From: Paraphysomonas bandaiensis | Lineage: Eukaryota; Protista; Chrysophyceae | NCBI GenBank assembly: GCA_965644295.1 | Contig: CBFFRP010000501.1 | Location: 1 to 17,766 of the forward strand | DNA length: 17,766 nucleotides | Direction of reading: 5' to 3' | Part shown: one piece after another, positions 11,296 to 17,766 of the stretch | Layout of the letters: every line of letters starts with the position of its first letter | Position numbering within the stretch: the first letter of the stretch is position 1 | Translations under genes and position numbers: made by a program | Notes under the pieces: generated by a model | The model's database searches: none | What the model saw: only the letters and a program-made list of their open reading frames with translations | Told to the model about the DNA's origin: nothing

Positions 11296-12087
11296 CTGCA
11301 TGCATAAACGCAACCACACGTCGCATTCTCCTCCTTGTTGGTATGAAAACAAGTTTAGGAAATTTTACGACAAAGAAATTCAAACATTACGTGAAACTAA
11401 TACAGGTGAATAATACAGCTCCAACTAGACATATTAGAGGCAGTAATATTTAGTCCATACTCAAATTTTGAAAAGTGCTGTGCCAACATTACTGCATTAT
11501 TGCCAATGATAGTGACCCGTTTCCAGATGGTTGAAGGAAACATAACAGGCGCTGAATATAGTTGTAAATCATATCTTGAATGTTCATAAGGTATAACAGA
11601 AGCACCACCAGCTCAGTCATATGCTTCACAGGCCCTTACTATCCCACTGAAACACATGCAAACACAAATTATACTTAGAAGCACAATGGTGGTGAACACT
11701 TCGGATGCAGTTAGTTAACTATTCAGAGTGCTCCATACGTTCTATATATGTAAATATGTATGTATGGGTGTTCTGTATGTATATGTATGTATCTGCTGCG
11801 GTATTATTCAAATGATCATACGAGTCTCTCTCCTCATGAGGAGCACACACCACTATACACCACTATGACCACACACTGTTGATAGTCCTCACTCGTGTCT
11901 GTGAGTAGAGGCAGCAGCAGAGCCTCTGAATCATGTACTCATATATGCATATATCCATATCACATTCACTTCGAAGTCACTCACAGGAGCACTCTCATAA
12001 TGGTAGACAACTGTCCAGTTTATGTGGGAAACCCCAGGTTTGTTGGAGAAACCATCCAGTAAAACCATGGTTTTATAGACCCATTGC

Positions 12088-13355
12088 ATGTATGTATGTA
12101 TGTATGTATGTATGTATGTATGTATGTATGTATGTATGTATGTATGTATGTATGTATGTATGTATGTATGTATGTATGTATGTATGTATGTATGTATGTA
12201 TGTATGTATGTATGTATGTATGTATGTATGTATGTATGTATGTATGTATGTATGTATGTATGTATGTATGTATGTATGTATGTATGTATGTATGTATGTA
12301 TGTATGTATGTATGTATGTATGTATGTATGTATGTATGTATGTATGTATGTATGTATGTATGTATGTATGTATGTATGTATGTATGTATGTATGTATGTA
12401 TGTATGTATGTATGTATGTATGTATGTATGTATGTATGTATGTATGTATGTATGTATGTATGTATGTATGTATGTATGTATGTATGTATGTATGTATGTA
12501 TGTATGTATGTATGTATGTATGTATGTATGTATGTATGTATGTATGTATGTATGTATGTATGTATGTATGTATGTATGTACGTATGTATGTATGTACGTA
12601 TGTATGTATGTATGTATGTATGTATGTATGTATGTATGTATGTATGTATGTATGTATGTATGTATGTATGTATGTATGTATGTATGTATGTATGTATGTA
12701 TGTATGTATGTATGTATGTATGTATGTATGTATGTATGTATGTATGTATGTATGTATGTATGTATGTATGTATGTATGTATGTATGTATGTATGTATGTA
12801 TGTATGTATGTATGTATGTATGTATGTATGTATGTATGTATGTATGTATGTATGTATGTATGTATGTATGTATGTATGTATGTATGTATGTATGTATGTA
12901 TGTATGTATGTATGTATGTATGTATGTATGTATGTATGTATGTATGTATGTATGTATGTATGTATGTATGTATGTATGTATGTATGTATGTATGTATGTA
13001 TGTATGTATGTATGTATGTATGTATGTATGTATGTATGTATGTATGTATGTATGTATGTATGTATGTATGTATGTATGTATGTATGTATGTATGTATGTA
13101 TGTATGTATGTATGTATGTATGTATGTATGTATGTATGTATGTATGTATGTATGTATGTATGTATGTATGTATGTATGTATGTATGTATGTATGTATGTA
13201 TGTATGTATGTATGTATGTATGTATGTATGTATGTATGTATGTATGTATGTATGTATGTATGTATGTATGTATGTATGTATGTATGTATGTATGTATGTA
13301 TGTATGTATGTATGTATGTATGTATGTATGTATGTATGTATGTACGTATGTATGT
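12088..13355. repeat. (TATG)n/(CATA)n tetranucleotide microsatellite, ~1268 bp (~317 units)
   Basis: Directly visible; only three T>C interruptions (12581, 12597, 13345). Short degenerate copies at ~11744-11792. Confidence 0.99.
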
Positions 13356-13495
13356 TTATGTGGAGCAGTATATCATATCTATGGGTTGTTGGTCAGGGAT
13401 TACAAATGCAGTAGCATAAGTATAAGTAACCGGTCGGTTAGTGTCTTTTTATATATTTTGGAGTATTAGCAGTAAGTGCATAGCAGAGGGCCTCT

Positions 13496-16400
13496 ATGGG
13501 CTGTCAGAACTCAAAGTCATCGACCAGAAGTCGTGACCAGCTCTATTATGATCCGGGGGGGAACCTGATAGAATTCAATAAGACTTTTAACCACTCCGCC
13601 TCTGAAGAAATAAAGTTCGTTTCATTTCATGATGCTGTGGTGATGGGTGCGGGCGATGAGTGTTATGTTCTGTCAGCAGAGTGGTTGAAGCTGTGGATGG
13701 AGTTCGCTCGCGGCAACAGGCCTCGTCACCCCGGCCCCATCAGTAACGAGACTCTTATCGACCCCTCCAACCGTTTCAAATTAAAATCTGGTGTAGTAGT
13801 CAAGAAGGATTACAGACCTGTCTGTAAGGCAGTTTGGGAATATTACTTTACTGCCTATGGTATGTTCATATATATAATAGTCTCGAGTATTCAAATTGCG
13901 AGTAGGTGGAGGTCCCGTTGTACTATTTTATGGTAGGATATTTGATGTGTACTTAATATATTTGATTGACGCCTATATTTTTGCGTATTAGTTCCCCGAG
14001 GACTGCAGGAGAAAGCTTACAAATCCGGCGAGTGGCTGAAGTTCGTGAAGCTACATGAGATTAGCACTATCGTACGGCATTCCACTGTTCAGTTTACGTA
14101 TACTGACACCATATACAACGTACTTGCAGGTATACCCTGAGCCCTCCCCGGAGCGAGCTAGTCACTTTGAGACGTGCAACCCAATGGCCATTGGGGAATT
14201 GATAGCTCAGGATAACGTGGACATAGCCGCCAGCCACATGATGAAAGATCTCGGTAAGAGCAAGATGAAAGAGGCTGCAGTCGTACAGGAAGAAATTAAC
14301 GCGGCCAACGCTGAGGCGATAGGCGGTCTTATGGCGAAGGGGCTCGGTAAACAAAAAATGGCCGCAGCTAACGAGATGACAAAGGAAGTTAATGCTGCAA
14401 CAGCGGATATGCTTGCGGGAAGCATGGCTCAAGAGCTTGGCGATATGAAGGTGAAAGAGGCAAAGCGAAAGGACGACGAAGCCAATAAGGCGGCTGCAGA
14501 GGCCATGGCAAATCAAATGGCTGATGAAATGGCCAAAAAGAAGATGGAGGAAGCACGCAAGAAAGACGACGAGGCCAACAAGGCTGCTGCAGAAGCAATC
14601 GCGAATCAAATGGCAGCAGATATGGCCAGTAAGCAGATGGCTGAAGCCAGAGAGGTCGAGAAACGACAGCAGGAGGAACAGGAGCGCCGGCTCATGGAAA
14701 TGTTCAAGGGCATGGGTGCAAAGATGAGGTTTAGAGCTGCGGTTGCGAACGGGAAAGCTGATGTCGCGGAGGAAGCAGCAGCAGAGATGCTACAGGGAGC
14801 CTGGAGGAGTAAGTGTGCTCGTCGCAGGTATCTAATAACTCCACATGTCGCATCTTCTAACAACTGATAGGATGGAAGCGAGGCGAGAGGAGAAGGACCG
14901 GCTGAGAGAGCAGGCATGCGCCCGTAAGTTGCAGAGCAAGTATCGATCTCGTCTTGCGAGGAAAAAAGCAGCTGCCTTGAGGGAAGAAAAGCAACGTATG
15001 ATGGAAGAGGCTTGCGCTAGACGATTGCAGAGTAAATACAGGACACGTTTGGCAAGGAAACGTGTAGCCGCTCTAAGAGAGGAGAAGCAGCGGTTAATGG
15101 AGGAGGGATGTGCTATTAAACTTCAGGTGGCTGTTGTGTAATATGTGTACAGCGGTGTACTTATGCGTACATATGTCCTGTCCTGAGGTGGTGCATTGGT
15201 GCAGGGTGTATGGCGGACAAAGAAGGCCCGCAGAAAAGTGCAAGCACTAAAAGAGGAGCGTCAAAGACTGAGAGAAGAAGGATGTGCCATTATGCTTCAG
15301 AGTGCATGGAGAACTAAGAAAGCCCGGGCTAAGACAGCAGAGCTCAAGGCCAAAAAGCAGAGACTGTTAGAAGAAGGGGCAGCATTGCAACTCCAAGGGG
15401 CTTGGCGGGTGAGAAAGGCGCGTGCAAGAGTGCAAGGTCTAAAGCTTGAGAGGGATGGTGCAACCTCTGTCCAACGGCTTTGGAAAGCGAGGCAAGCCCG
15501 AAGGGCATTCCTCAAAATGCGAAAAGCCTCTGTGTGCGTTGAGCGGTTAGTGCGCGGAGCTCTTGTACGACGCAGGGTTAGTCGATTAGTTCGACAGCAT
15601 CACCCGCACAATATGTTATTAACCCTGAAGAGTGCTACGGACATCAATATTGGTGACAGCCACGACTCAGATCCATATGTTGTTATATCAGCCTATCCTT
15701 CTCCTTCCTCCTCTAATGGTGGCGGGAAGACATCTAGTACTCCACTTTCTTTTGCTAAATCACGTACCATTCCTAATACTCTGGCCCCAGTTTGGAACGA
15801 CGACTTTCCTGTAACGTCCACAGTGTGGAATGGCACACTGGTGCTTACTCTTTTCGACAGTGACATGTTGAGCAAGGATGACTTCCTTGGGCAGACAGTT
15901 GTTGATCTGCGCCGATGCCAGGAGCTATACAGTGGGAAGGTTGTGGAATTCTCTGACACAGCTATAGAATCTCTCTCTGTGCACATCACTGACGGAGCAG
16001 GGAAACCATTAATAGCTCCGGGATCCCAGACTATGGAAGGAAAGGGGAAAATATCTTTTTCCCTCAGATTGCCATCTCTGGCCTACAGGTTCTTCGTGCT
16101 GTTTGTGTATGTGCTGTGTATATGAGACCGGTACTGATACTCTACGTTTGCAGTATGTGTGGATGGCTGTGGAAGGCATCAACTGGCCTGATGTCGAAGG
16201 GCTCTTGGAAGAAGAGATGGGTGATTTTAGCGGAATTTAAATTGAGCTACTACGAGGGCCCATTCAATCTACACGAAGTCAAGGACATGATTTGTGAGTA
16301 TGTCAGTCTATTACAAACGGTATATTTACGCTCTTGTTGGTTAGCCTGCACAGATATCACATCTATAGTGGAAGAGGACACGAAAAAGGACGGGAAAGCT

Positions 16401-16613
16401 ATACGTATCAGTTACGGTCGAGGGAAAGATTACTGGCTGTTGCGATGGGACACTGATGCTCCCGAGTATGTCCACAAAATGTGGCTGCGCAAGCTTCTGC
16501 GCAGCTGTCCTAATGTCCGGGACGACGAGCTGGCGGTGATTAACCCTCGACTTGCACAGACCACCTCATCTCCGAAGAGAGCCCTTGTTGCTGCTGCCGG
16601 GGAGTTAAAATAG
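13496..16613 (+). CDS. Multidomain protein: N-terminal acylation motif, DUSP domain, 31-aa helical repeats, ~8 IQ-like calmodulin-binding motifs, C2 domain, PH domain; ~905 aa, 8 exons
   Basis: Exons 13496-13859, 13906-13932, 13992-14071, 14130-14827, 14871-15126, 15205-16088, 16154-16293, 16345-16613 (2718 nt, frame open, seven GT-AG introns 43-78 nt). MGCQNSK start; DUSP pattern YVLSAEWLKLW..PGPISNETL..LK..DYRPVCKAVWEYYFTAYGGGP; IQ-like LQxxWR/YRxxxAR; C2 GDSHDSDPYV..TLAPVWND..LFDSDMLSKDDFLG; PH CGWLWK..SWKKRWVIL..LSYYE..MWLRKL. Confidence 0.85.
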
Positions 16614-16763
16614 TTTCGTAAACTCTATTTATATAGTTAAATAGTTTGCGTTTTGCAATGTGATTGCGACATTGTGCAATTGAAGTGAGTTAATAGTGTG
16701 ATATTGGTGAAGTCAACAAGTTACTGATGTGTAACTATATAAGATATAGGAGTGACTGTTCGA

Positions 16764-16970
16764 TTAAAGTTGGTTAGAGTTAGGGTTACTATTCGATTAG
16801 GGTTAGGGTTAGGGTTAGGGTTAGGGTTATGGTTAGGGTTAGGGTTATGGTTATGGTTAGGGTTAGGGTTAGGGTTAGGGTTAGGGTTAGGGTTAGGGTT
16901 AGGGTTAGGGTTAGGGTTAGGGTTAGGGTTAGGGTTAGGGTTAGGGTTAGGGTTAGGGTTAGGGTTAGGG

Positions 16971-17011
<41 letters not shown>

Positions 17012-17740
17012 GGTTAGGGTTAGGGTTAGGGTTAGGGTTAGGGTTAGGGTTAGGGTTAGGGTTAGGGTTAGGGTTAGGGTTAGGGTTAGGGTTAGGGTTA
17101 GGGTTAGGGTTAGGGTTAGGGTTAGGGTTAGGGTTAGGGTTAGGGTTAGGGTTAGGGTTAGGGTTAGGGTTAGGGTTAGGGTTAGGGTTAGGGTTAGGGT
17201 TAGGGTTAGGGTTAGGGTTAGGGTTAGGGTTAGGGTTAGGGTTAGGGTTAGGGTTAGGGTTAGGGTTAGGGTTAGGGTTAGGGTTAGGGTTAGGGTTAGG
17301 GTTAGGGTTAGGGTTAGGGTTAGGGTTAGGGTTAGGGTTAGGGTTAGGGTTAGGGTTAGGGTTAGGGTTAGGGTTAGGGTTAGGGTTAGGGTTAGGGTTA
17401 GGGTTAGGGTTAGGGTTAGGGTTAGGGTTAGGGTTAGGGTTAGGGTTAGGGTTAGGGTTAGGGTTAGGGTTAGGGTTAGGGTTAGGGTTAGGGTTAGGGT
17501 TAGGGTTAGGGTTAGGGTTAGGGTTAGGGTTAGGGTTAGGGTTAGGGCTAGGGTTAGGGTTAGGGTTAGGGTTAGGGTTAGGGTTAGGGTTAGGGTTAGG
17601 GTTAGGGTTAGGGTTAGGGTTAGGGTTAGGGTTAGGGTTAGGGTTAGGGTTAGGGTTAGGGTTAGGGTTAGGGTTAGGGTTAGGGTTAGGGTTAGGGTTA
17701 GGCTTAGGGTTAGGGTTAGGGTTAGGGTTAGGGCGAGGTT
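16764..17740 (+). repeat. Telomere, (TTAGGG)n, G-rich strand running toward the end; ~156 units in 16797-17733 plus a degenerate proximal junction
   Basis: Directly visible tandem TTAGGG. Variants: TTAAAG/TTAGAG at the junction, TTATGG (16827, 16845, 16851), TTTAGGG (16989), CTAGGG (17548), TTAGGC (17698). Correct orientation for a right-hand chromosome end. Confidence 0.97.
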
Positions 17741-17766
17741 AGTAATACGTAACTGAACGAAGTACA
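17741..17766 (-). other. Untrimmed Oxford Nanopore ligation adapter (sequencing artefact)
   Basis: AGTAATACGTAACTGAACGAAGTACA is the reverse complement of the ONT adapter TGTACTTCGTTCAGTTACGTATTGCT with one mismatch, and sits at the very end of the sequence. Confidence 0.95.

Noticed and set aside
11216-11453. Short plus-strand ORFs 11216..11413 and 11250..11453
   Set aside because: Under 70 aa, no motifs, no convincing splice partners.
11419-11457. Resemblance to group I intron R/S elements (AACTAGA ... ATTTAGTCC)
   Set aside because: P7 pairing is mismatched, J8/7 AAGAUA is missing, no P/Q elements and no host gene.
11830-11865. 14-bp palindrome CTCCTCATGAGGAG and ACACCACTAT direct repeat
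   Set aside because: Short and isolated; no transposon termini or other supporting context.
11933-13469. Three long (CMYV)n ORFs
   Set aside because: Artefact of the stop-free TATG microsatellite being open in all three frames.
16752-17756. 334-aa (LG)n/(RV)n ORF
   Set aside because: Translation of the telomere repeat plus adapter.

Overview
Eukaryotic, gene-dense chromosome end from a protist-like genome with short GT-AG introns (38-78 nt) and a (TTAGGG)n telomere. Left to right: (1) a 10-exon minus-strand gene (949-3287, ~622 aa) for a 7-TM protein of the GPR137/TM7SF1-TOM1 type with a long disordered tail; (2) a 2-exon minus-strand AASDH/ACSF4-like NRPS-type gene (5143-8999, ~1270 aa; adenylation-carrier-PQQ/beta-propeller) whose A domain has the Ebony-type FVD signature; (3) a divergently transcribed 2-exon RSL1D1/Utp30-like ribosomal-L1-domain gene (9395-10394); (4) a spacer containing a densely base-paired ~185-nt element (11110-11295) ending in hairpin+T6, a candidate unannotated structured RNA; (5) a ~1.27-kb near-perfect (TATG)n microsatellite; (6) an 8-exon plus-strand gene (13496-16613, ~905 aa) with an unusual architecture: acylation motif-DUSP-31-aa helical repeats-8 IQ motifs-C2-PH; (7) the telomere, starting only ~150-185 bp after that stop codon, followed by an untrimmed Oxford Nanopore adapter. 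The best candidates for something undescribed are the structured RNA-like element and the DUSP-IQ-C2-PH protein. All gene models and pairings were built by hand and family calls rest on remembered motifs, not database searches.
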